Below, piece after piece: positions 29,225 through 37,103 of a stretch of 39,422 bases of DNA (within the stretch, counting starts at the first letter, position 1; every line of letters starts with the position of its first letter). The DNA lies in NCBI GenBank assembly GCA_013375475.1, contig JABXKD010000032.1, positions 1 to 39,422 of the forward strand, given 5' to 3'. A model generated the notes under the pieces. It saw nothing but the letters and a program-made list of their open reading frames with translations, was not told where the DNA came from and did no database searches. The stretch comes from Promethearchaeota archaeon. GTDB lineage: Archaea > Asgardarchaeota > Lokiarchaeia > Sigyniarchaeales > SOKP01. Both the position numbers and the translations under genes were made by a program.

Positions 29225-30379
29225 TTGAAAATGGACATTGAAGAAGATTTAAAGCAAGAAGTCATATCAATTTTAAAAAAGCTAGTTCAATTTCCTTCAG
29301 AAAATCCTCCAGGGATAACTAAAGAGATTGTAGAATATCTAATTTCAGAAGTTTTTAAAGAAGAAGATGGCTTTCGAAACCAAGTCGTTATAAGTAAAAA
29401 AAATGGCGTAGAGCTTCACAATCTTATTTCAACTATTGGTAACGGAAAAAGGGTAATAGGTTTAACTGGACACTTTGATGTAATACCTGCAGGAGATTCT
29501 TCCCAATGGGAGAGCCCTCCTTTCTCAGCAATAATTAAGGATGGTAAACTATACGGTCGTGGTTCAGCAGATATGAAAGGAGGTATAGCTTTTTTGATAG
29601 GAGTTATCAAACTCTTAAGTAAAATCCCTGTTTTCCTAGAGAACTACAGATTGGTGTTTTTAGGAACAGCAGATGAAGAAAAGGGAATGATAGGTTCCAT
29701 TACTCTTTCAAATCAAGATGTTATGAAAGATTTAATTTTATTAGTTATTGCAGAACCAACAAATTTACAGATTGGAGTTGGAGAAAAAGGATTATTATGG
29801 GTTAAGTTAATAATAACCGGAAAAGCGGCTCACGGTTCGATGCCACACGAAGGAATTAACGCGATTGAGAGAGCGTTAAAAATTCTACCTCAATTACACA
29901 AAATTTTAGGGGATAAAACTAATGACATTTTAGGAAAATCTACTTTGAATATCGGTTGTATTAGTGGAGGTACTGCAATTAATATAGTCCCGGACCGTGC
30001 AATTTTAGATCTCGACTATAGGTTAATTCCAGAACAAAAACACCAGCAAATGAAAAAAAAGTTGAAAAATCTTCCTCAACCTGATTTTTCAGTTAAATTT
30101 GAAATTCTAAAAGATCTTCCTGCTCTTTTAAGCGACGATAAACACATTTTTATCCAAAACTTAAGGGAAATCTCTCAAAGCGAGATAATAGGGCTATCTT
30201 ATGCCACTGATGCTGCAAATTTAATTAATACTAACGATCCTATTCCTTTTGTAATTTTCGGTCCAGGTGATCCAAAAAACATCCATAAAATAGATGAATT
30301 TATTGAAATCAATCAAATTTTTGAAGCTATTATTCATTTAAAAAACGCTCTGCTATGTACTTATCTTAAAAAAATGTAA
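29225..30379 (+). CDS. M20 family metallopeptidase/deacylase (ArgE/DapE-like)
   Basis: GHFDVIP, GRGSADMKGG, ADEE, AEPT, GKAAHGS, ATDA, GPG..H..DE. Confidence 0.9.
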   Translation: MKMDIEEDLKQEVISILKKLVQFPSENPPGITKEIVEYLISEVFKEEDGFRNQVVISKKNGVELHNLISTIGNGKRVIGLTGHFDVIPAGDSSQWESPPFSAIIKDGKLYGRGSADMKGGIAFLIGVIKLLSKIPVFLENYRLVFLGTADEEKGMIGSITLSNQDVMKDLILLVIAEPTNLQIGVGEKGLLWVKLIITGKAAHGSMPHEGINAIERALKILPQLHKILGDKTNDILGKSTLNIGCISGGTAINIVPDRAILDLDYRLIPEQKHQQMKKKLKNLPQPDFSVKFEILKDLPALLSDDKHIFIQNLREISQSEIIGLSYATDAANLINTNDPIPFVIFGPGDPKNIHKIDEFIEINQIFEAIIHLKNALLCTYLKKM

Positions 30380-30393
30380 AATAGGTTAGAAAG

Positions 30394-31554
30394 CTAAATA
30401 GTCTTAGTAAACTTTTCAATTCTATCCATTGCTTCTTCGAGTTTATCCATTTTTGTTGCATAGGACATTCTTAACATGTATTCTGAATAAGAACCAAAAA
30501 CATTTCCAGGTACAATAGCAACTGCCTGATCTTTCATCACCCTTTTCGAAAATTCAGCACCAGTTAATTTAAAATTGATGATTTTCGGCATAATATAAAA
30601 TGCCCCTTTTGGTTTTACAACTTCAAAACCCATTTCGATTAATCGATTATAAGCTAATAAGCGTCTCTCGTCAAAACTCTTTAAAATATCATTAAAAAAG
30701 CTAGTGTCCATTTTTAAAGCCTCCAAAAAACCATATTGAGCTGCGTGGTTTGTGCCTGCTACGGTGTATTGATGATATTTTTCCATTGTATCTATTATCT
30801 CTTTATTAGCCGCTACATACCCTAATCTAAACCCAGTAGCAGAATACAATTTTGACATAGCGTTTAAAGTAATAGTTCGCTCAAACATATCTTTTAACGA
30901 AGCTGGACTCGTATGTTTGGAATTGTCGTAAAGATAATTTTCGTAAACTTCATCGGAAATCAAATATAAGTCGTTATTTTTAACGATTTCAACGACTTCT
31001 TGTAATTCATTTATATCTAACGAATATCCTGTAGGATTGTTAGGTGAGTTAATTAAAACCGCTTTAGTTTTTTCTGTAATCGAATTTTTAATTTTCTCAA
31101 TATCGGGACGAAAATCATTTTTTCTCTCTATTTCGATTATTTTTAAGTCAAAAAACGCACTTAAATAGAAATACGAGATGAAATTCGGAGAGGATATTAC
31201 AATTTCATCACCCGGATTAAAAATAGAAGCAAAAGCAAGACTAAGAGCTTGGGAACCTCCATTCGTAAGAATAATATTATCTTTCCAAGTCGTTTCAATG
31301 TTATTAACTGTTTTTAATTTGTTTTCAAGCTGTTGCAATAATTCTGGAACTCCTTTAGTAGGCGCGTAATATGTAACTTTATTATTTAAGGCATTGATAT
31401 TTCCTTCAATTGCGGGTTGAGGAGTTGAGAAATCTGGTTGTCCAATTCCTAAGCTAATAACATCAGAACGTCCTGCAGCAAGGTCAAATAATTCGCGTAT
31501 CTTTGATTTTGGCGCATTTCTTATCTTTTTTGATAATTCTTTCATTTTTACCAC
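30394..31554 (-). CDS. Class I/II PLP aminotransferase (aspartate aminotransferase-like)
   Basis: LGIGQPDF, NSPNNPTG, SDEVY, SKLYSATGFRLG, GAFY, LRMSYA. Confidence 0.92.
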   Translation of the reverse strand: MVKMKELSKKIRNAPKSKIRELFDLAAGRSDVISLGIGQPDFSTPQPAIEGNINALNNKVTYYAPTKGVPELLQQLENKLKTVNNIETTWKDNIILTNGGSQALSLAFASIFNPGDEIVISSPNFISYFYLSAFFDLKIIEIERKNDFRPDIEKIKNSITEKTKAVLINSPNNPTGYSLDINELQEVVEIVKNNDLYLISDEVYENYLYDNSKHTSPASLKDMFERTITLNAMSKLYSATGFRLGYVAANKEIIDTMEKYHQYTVAGTNHAAQYGFLEALKMDTSFFNDILKSFDERRLLAYNRLIEMGFEVVKPKGAFYIMPKIINFKLTGAEFSKRVMKDQAVAIVPGNVFGSYSEYMLRMSYATKMDKLEEAMDRIEKFTKTI

Positions 31555-31632
31555 TTAATAAAAATAATATATAGTAATGATTAGTACTTTAAAAGGGAAT
31601 GAATTGGAGATATTTTCAACAATTAAGCTATT

Positions 31633-32196
31633 CTAAATTTTTTCTCCATAATTTCTCAAAATTTGGTAGACTAAATTTTTAAATGCTTCTTCCACATTTT
31701 TTCCAAATTTAGCGCTTGTTTCGATAAAAGCACTAGCACCGATTTGTTTAGCTAAATTTTCACCTTCTTCTTGAGTGACTACTCGCTGCGCTTCTAGATC
31801 GATTTTATTGCCGATTAAGATATAAGCTCCCTCTTTTTTTACATAGTTTTTGAAATCTTTTAGCCATTTTGATTCGATTGTTGAAAAACTTTCGTGACGA
31901 GTGACATCGTACACAAGTAAACTCCCAACACATCCTTGAAAATACATGCTACGAATAACATTATATTTCTCTTGACCTGCGAGATCCCACATTATTAATC
32001 GTACCTTAGCATTAACTTTATCAATGTTGACATCTTTCCGGATTATGTTTGCTCCTAGTGTAGGTTTGTAATCTTCTTGAAACGAACCTTCTGTAAATTG
32101 ATTAATAAGTGAAGTTTTCCCTACTGCACTTTGTCCTAATATAGTGATCTTAAAAACATATTCCTTAATTTCAGTGGACATACCTTCTGCGGGCAA
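31633..32196 (-). CDS. Rab-like small GTPase (start TTG 32196 or ATG 32181)
   Basis: GQSAVGKT, PTLGAN, WDLAGQEKY, GNKID, ETSAK. Confidence 0.93.
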   Translation of the reverse strand: MPAEGMSTEIKEYVFKITILGQSAVGKTSLINQFTEGSFQEDYKPTLGANIIRKDVNIDKVNAKVRLIMWDLAGQEKYNVIRSMYFQGCVGSLLVYDVTRHESFSTIESKWLKDFKNYVKKEGAYILIGNKIDLEAQRVVTQEEGENLAKQIGASAFIETSAKFGKNVEEAFKNLVYQILRNYGEKI

Positions 32197-32285
32197 TTTT
32201 ATTATAAATATCTTGTGATTGTTAGAATTGAATTTAATTTGACAAAAAATATTTTGATTTTTGATATATTTAAGCTTTCGTTATT

Positions 32286-32882
32286 TTAGGATATAAATGT
32301 TTTCTCAATTCGCAATTTCAAAACAAAAGAATTATGATTTGGATTATTAATATTTTCTTTCGTTTCGTAGGGAACTACACAATAATCAGACGGTAAACTT
32401 TTTTCTAACGAATGCATTAGAAAACTTTTAAATAACTCGCAGGAAATTCCGATTTCTGAGCAAAAAATGCATTTATCAACCCGAATGATAACAGAATCAG
32501 CTCTATTTTCCACAATCTTAACTTTCCAATCAGTTACAATCAGTATATTAATTTCCTCAACAATTTCTTCAAAAACTTTTCCAAAGGGGAATAGATAAAA
32601 TGAGAATTTTCTTCCAATTTCCGATAACAGGTCAGTTGAATCAAAGAGTAGGCAATTTTGAGCAGATATTATCTTTTTAAACGAAAAAAAATCTATTTCT
32701 CCCTCGGGATCTACTCCTCGTATATCTTTCAGTTCCAACAGTCCTGCTTCTTTTAAAATTGATTTCATACCGTCGTAATCTAGATTATCCATATAGGATT
32801 GTAATAACGCGGTTAACACTCTGTTTTTGACTGTTCCTCGATATTCTCCTATTATATCCGTATCGTCTACCATAAAATCCAA
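32286..32882 (-). CDS. V4R-like (V4R/HNOB/Bet3 fold) protein, degenerate C-terminal Zn ligands
   Basis: LLQSYMDNL.YDGMKSILKEAGL, IGRKF, IIRVDKCIFC...SCELF.SFL; lacks the final ExxC/C ligands. Confidence 0.6.
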   Translation of the reverse strand: MDFMVDDTDIIGEYRGTVKNRVLTALLQSYMDNLDYDGMKSILKEAGLLELKDIRGVDPEGEIDFFSFKKIISAQNCLLFDSTDLLSEIGRKFSFYLFPFGKVFEEIVEEINILIVTDWKVKIVENRADSVIIRVDKCIFCSEIGISCELFKSFLMHSLEKSLPSDYCVVPYETKENINNPNHNSFVLKLRIEKTFIS

Positions 32883-33021
32883 ATGATAACTACTTCTTCT
32901 TATATATCTAATAAATAAGAGTATAAATTTAAATACTATTTGTTAGTTATCTTGTTTCTTGCATTCATAAAAATGAAGAAAAATTAAGGAATAAAACAAG
33001 ATAAAAATTTAAAGAAAAAGA

Positions 33022-34731
33022 TTATTCTTTTACGGTTTCTAAGAGTTCTTTAATTTCAGCTTGAATAACTTCGGCTTTTTTCGCTTCTTCTCCTTTAATG
33101 GCGTTTGCAAGCTCAAGTCTTTCTCTATGTAGTGTATTCATGGCACAGAATGGTATTTCAAGCGTTTTTGTGTTATCCTCAGGATCCACTACGCCGTAAT
33201 GGACCAAACATCGACATACTCTGTCCAAATCGAAGTTGTAAGCATCCTGAAAATGCATTGCAGACACCATCAAGTTTTTAGTGTGTAAAAAGTTCGCGGC
33301 GCTTGCTAAGTTCGGAGAAGCAATAAGTCGCGCAAACGATTGATAAGTTTTGCTGGTTAATATTTTTTCTGGATGTTTTACAAACTTCATTCCTCCAGCA
33401 AAATAATATGCTTTCATCATCTGTCGATATCCTAAATCAGTCATTTCGTCAATGAATTTCCCGAGAGTACTAGCAATAGCTCCGTAATCTTGAATGTTTA
33501 TACCTTTTAAGAAACCTGTAGGTTTTGGGATTTCCTTATCTTGAACCATGTCATAAACTTTGTTTGACCACTCAATAAGACCTTGCGAGTCAAAATATTC
33601 GTCGAGAGATTCCCATTCGTCCTTGTCATTAACGACAATTATTGTAGCGAAACCACAATCCTTATGGCTCGTCATACCGAATTCGGGCATGTTATCGAAC
33701 CAAGCTAATAAACGGGTCATTTTTGCTGTGGTCGCAATCGGATAGAATCTTTTTATAGCATTGTTTGTGTGTTTGTTTATGGCTACCTTGAGATCTGAAG
33801 TAGTATATCGTAAATCCATCAACTCTTCAAAGCTAATACGCCCACAAAGTGCGACTGGTTGGAAAATTACTCCAGAAATCACATCGCTGTTATCTTTAGC
33901 ATAGTCCAATATATTTCCTATTTCGTGATCGTTAACGCCTTTCGCAATAACAGGAACTAGCATTGTACCAAAAAATCCAATTTTTCGGCAATTTTCGATA
34001 ACCCGTTTTTTTAATGGCCATAGATTAACTCCACGAACCTTTTTCCAAGCTTCTGCATCGTCTGTAGCATCAAATTGTAAGTAGATCGCATCCATTCCCG
34101 CGTCCTTGCACTTCTGTAAAAAATCAATTGACTTCGCAAACCTCACACCATTAGTTGTTACCATAACTTCAGTGAAACCGAGCTCTTTTCCACTACGGAT
34201 TATATCTGGCAGATCATCTCTAATTGTAGGCTCTCCACCAGAAATTTGGAGCATAACCGCTGGAACTGGTTTCATTGATCTGAAATGTTCCATTATTTGT
34301 ACTATCTGATCGTACGTGGGTTCTACAACATACCCTTTTGCACTAGCGTTCGCAAAACAAATTGGGCAGGTTAAATTACAGCGATTCGTGATATCGATCA
34401 GACATATATTAGGCGCACTTTTATGATTTTCACAGAGACCACAATCGTATGGACAACCCTCATTACACTCTTTTAATCCAGAAGTAACAGATTCAGGTTT
34501 AGTAGTGTGTCCAACAGTAGATCCTATGTCATCTGTGAAAGTTTCGCTCCATTTGTATTCATCGGGATCGATTGAGAGTTTATCTTTAAAATGTCCGTGT
34601 TCTTTGCAATCTTTTCTCATCATGACCCAATTAGTTTCTGGATCGACATAAATATCCGCTGGAATTGTTTGTAAGCATTCTGGACAGATACTCGTCGTAC
34701 GTCTTATAATATCTTCCGTCATAAGTATCAA
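33022..34731 (-). CDS. tes: Radical SAM tetraether lipid synthase (Tes / GDGT-MAS, MJ0619 family)
   Basis: TTSICPEC..CKEHG rubredoxin-like site, GCPYDCGLCENH, NRCNLTCPICFANA, SGGEPT, MHFQDAYNFD..R..RCLVHY, IPFCAMN. Confidence 0.88.
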   Translation of the reverse strand: MILMTEDIIRRTTSICPECLQTIPADIYVDPETNWVMMRKDCKEHGHFKDKLSIDPDEYKWSETFTDDIGSTVGHTTKPESVTSGLKECNEGCPYDCGLCENHKSAPNICLIDITNRCNLTCPICFANASAKGYVVEPTYDQIVQIMEHFRSMKPVPAVMLQISGGEPTIRDDLPDIIRSGKELGFTEVMVTTNGVRFAKSIDFLQKCKDAGMDAIYLQFDATDDAEAWKKVRGVNLWPLKKRVIENCRKIGFFGTMLVPVIAKGVNDHEIGNILDYAKDNSDVISGVIFQPVALCGRISFEELMDLRYTTSDLKVAINKHTNNAIKRFYPIATTAKMTRLLAWFDNMPEFGMTSHKDCGFATIIVVNDKDEWESLDEYFDSQGLIEWSNKVYDMVQDKEIPKPTGFLKGINIQDYGAIASTLGKFIDEMTDLGYRQMMKAYYFAGGMKFVKHPEKILTSKTYQSFARLIASPNLASAANFLHTKNLMVSAMHFQDAYNFDLDRVCRCLVHYGVVDPEDNTKTLEIPFCAMNTLHRERLELANAIKGEEAKKAEVIQAEIKELLETVKE

Positions 34732-34981
34732 TTTCAGTAATTTTTTTGAATTTATTTTATTTAAATAACAATTTGATCAAATAAAACATCATTCTATTTT
34801 AATTTTATAAGAAAATTAATAGTATTTATTGTATTATCGTATAAAAAAGAATTGCTTTACTCATAAAATCAATCTATTATTATTAATTCTCTTCATGTTT
34901 AAAGTTCTATGTTAAATATAATTTTTTTTCATATTTAGTCTGTAAGAATAGAAAAAGTAGCTTAGATAGGATATAAAGGGA

Positions 34982-35096
34982 GACTCCTGCCACCAAGACC
35001 TAATAAGAAGGTCAGAAATAAAATAGGGGGAGGAGGGCGAAATGAGTGTGTATTACACACTACCAAAAGACAAAAATCCAGGGCGGGGCAGGAGTC
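34982..35096. ncRNA. Candidate structured RNA or non-autonomous element (115 nt)
   Basis: GC-rich island in an AT-rich 700-nt gap. Terminal IR GACTCCTGCC (34982-34991) / GGCAGGAGTC (35087-35096); internal hairpins GACCT-N7-AGGTC (34997-35013) and AGTGTGT-ATT-ACACACT (35045-35061). Confidence 0.5.
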
Positions 35097-35430
35097 ATGG
35101 TTTTATCTAAAATCCCTATTTTATTATTCTTAAAATTGTAATGCTTTATTTTTAAATTTTTATCTTCAACGATTATTATATGTTTTATAGATATAAATTT
35201 TTATCTTATGATACTAATATTTTTTGTTCTATTTAAAAGAATTGTCGATATTTTGATCCTTTTGTCTTAAATATACATCAAATACTAGCCAAAATATTTT
35301 TTCCGTAAGTTAACTCAATTAGAATTGTTAACAATTTTTTAAGATGTTTAATTATCAGTTACAACTTCAGGCATTTAATGATATTTTTTCAGAAGATTTT
35401 TCAAATAGGGATTAGAATAAAGGAATTCAA

Positions 35431-35832
35431 ATGAATAGGATAGACGAGAAACAATTTGGATTGAGAGAAAAGACGGAAAAGGAATTAAAATTAGATTTTG
35501 GGACATTTATATTTGCTGGTATCGGCATAGTTGCTTCCTGGTTTAACATGTTATTTATTTTGGATGCACCTCGAACAATCGAAGTTTTAGCATTTCTCTC
35601 TATTATTTTTACGACAATGATCCCAGGTGTGGTAATAGCTTTAATTAACAGGTATTGGGGGTATGGTTACTTGATAGGATTTGCGATAGCAGGTATCCCT
35701 TTTTTGATTGTGATTGATCTTTTTATTGGAGGTTATACTTTCGCGACTACAATTTTTATCTTTATCATTTTGTGGTTGATTTTCTGGAAAACATGGCGAA
35801 GTTTAAGTTCGATTAAAGCTGGGAGACAATAA
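35431..35832 (+). CDS. Small membrane protein (~4 TM)
   Basis: Four hydrophobic segments, NRYWGYGY loop. Confidence 0.75.
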   Translation: MNRIDEKQFGLREKTEKELKLDFGTFIFAGIGIVASWFNMLFILDAPRTIEVLAFLSIIFTTMIPGVVIALINRYWGYGYLIGFAIAGIPFLIVIDLFIGGYTFATTIFIFIILWLIFWKTWRSLSSIKAGRQ

Positions 35833-35862
35833 ATAACGCGTCATATTTTTGTTATACTAATA

Positions 35863-36333
35863 TTAATGAATAGGGATATCTTCAATTACGACCTTAACAA
35901 TTTTATCTATTGCCAAAAACTTTTCTTTAATTGCATTTACTGAAACTTCTCCTGAATTTAGAGAATCTCCAAGCAAATAAGTTTCATAAAAACAATTTTC
36001 TAACTCATAGCATATTCCCGTAGTATGTAAGATATCCCTGCTCAAATTTAGTTCACTTAACACTGTAGATATGCCTTTAACAAGATCAGGTGAAAATTCA
36101 ATTAATTTTATTAGAATTTTTTTGATATCTTTAGTTTGTATAGGAAAACAGCTAATTTTGATAGAATCTTCTCGAGAGATGAAAATTAATAAATAGTAAG
36201 GAGCTTCATTAATTTCGTATTTAACTTCTTCTGGGAAAATTGTAGATTTAAAATCATCTTTCGAGAGAATTTTTCCTATTGAAATTTTATTTTTTTGTTT
36301 TATGTTGTTATTATTTATAACCATATTCATCAA
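35863..36333 (-). CDS. Hypothetical protein, possible C-terminal ACT-like domain
   Basis: KILIKL..SPDLVKGISTVLSELNL..ILHTTGIC..CFYETY..VKVVIE fits a beta-alpha-beta-beta-alpha-beta pattern. Confidence 0.55.
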   Translation of the reverse strand: MMNMVINNNNIKQKNKISIGKILSKDDFKSTIFPEEVKYEINEAPYYLLIFISREDSIKISCFPIQTKDIKKILIKLIEFSPDLVKGISTVLSELNLSRDILHTTGICYELENCFYETYLLGDSLNSGEVSVNAIKEKFLAIDKIVKVVIEDIPIH

Positions 36334-36568
36334 AATTTAAATTATGATAGGTAGAGTATATGTCTAATAATAAAATGATTTTATTTTAAATTTTTAGGTT
36401 TTTTTTGAAAAATTCTTTATACCTCTAAAAAAATCATTTTAACTAAATCTTCTGCTTTTGTAAATCAAGAAAATTATTCACATGTCACTAAGATATTATT
36501 CATATTTTAAATCAAATTTGATTTCATGTTTTAATAGTAATATTCTTACAATTGAATTTCGCTGAAAT

Positions 36569-37075
36569 ATGTCATATAACTGGAATAATAAGAATTTCGA
36601 TAAGTCATATGGATTTAATCTAGAAAAGATAAATTCTAGTAATAGTCGATTTCATGCTATATATTTTTTAGACAATTTAACGGGTTCTCTTCTTCTTAGC
36701 AATAAATATACAAGTGACGCCAAGTTTTCTTCTCATGAAGATTTAATAAGTGGTTTCTTGAACGCACTAAACCTATTTATGAGTGAAATAAAACCCGAAT
36801 CAGAAAACGATGAGATTCAAGAAGTTAATTTTAGAGAAAGTAGAATATTATACGAGAGAAGGGGGAGATTATTAGTTATCGGAATTTCGAAAAAAACGAA
36901 TATTAACGCGGAAAGGGTTATTTTGCGCCAGATTATGGAAGATTTCTACCATAAATTTGAATATGTAATAAGGAATTTTAACGGGAATATTGATCCTTCG
37001 ATTTTACAGTATAAAAAAAGATTAGAAAATATGAATTTAAATGATTTATATAAAATTGATAATTACTCATTGTGA
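36569..37075 (+). CDS. Longin-like domain protein
   Basis: AIYFLDNLTGSLLL..Y..EDLISGFLNALNLF.SEI..IQEVNF..RILY..LLVIGIS..ILRQIMEDFY.KF. Confidence 0.7.
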   Translation: MSYNWNNKNFDKSYGFNLEKINSSNSRFHAIYFLDNLTGSLLLSNKYTSDAKFSSHEDLISGFLNALNLFMSEIKPESENDEIQEVNFRESRILYERRGRLLVIGISKKTNINAERVILRQIMEDFYHKFEYVIRNFNGNIDPSILQYKKRLENMNLNDLYKIDNYSL

Positions 37076-37103
37076 TAAAAAACTCCCTAGAAGATTATAA
37101 CCT

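Noticed and set aside
34982-35096. tRNA-Sec, 5S rRNA, C/D box RNA or SECIS identity for the structured element
   Set aside because: No UCA anticodon stem-loop or TTCRA arm, no 5S CCGAAC motif, no RUGAUGA box, and it is not in the 3' UTR of a UGA-interrupted gene
35060-35098. Minus-strand mini-ORF MTPAPPWIFVFW upstream of the radical SAM gene, as a RiPP precursor or leader peptide
   Set aside because: The enzyme is Tes-type rather than a SPASM peptide maturase; the ORF is only 12 codons and is explained by the structured element
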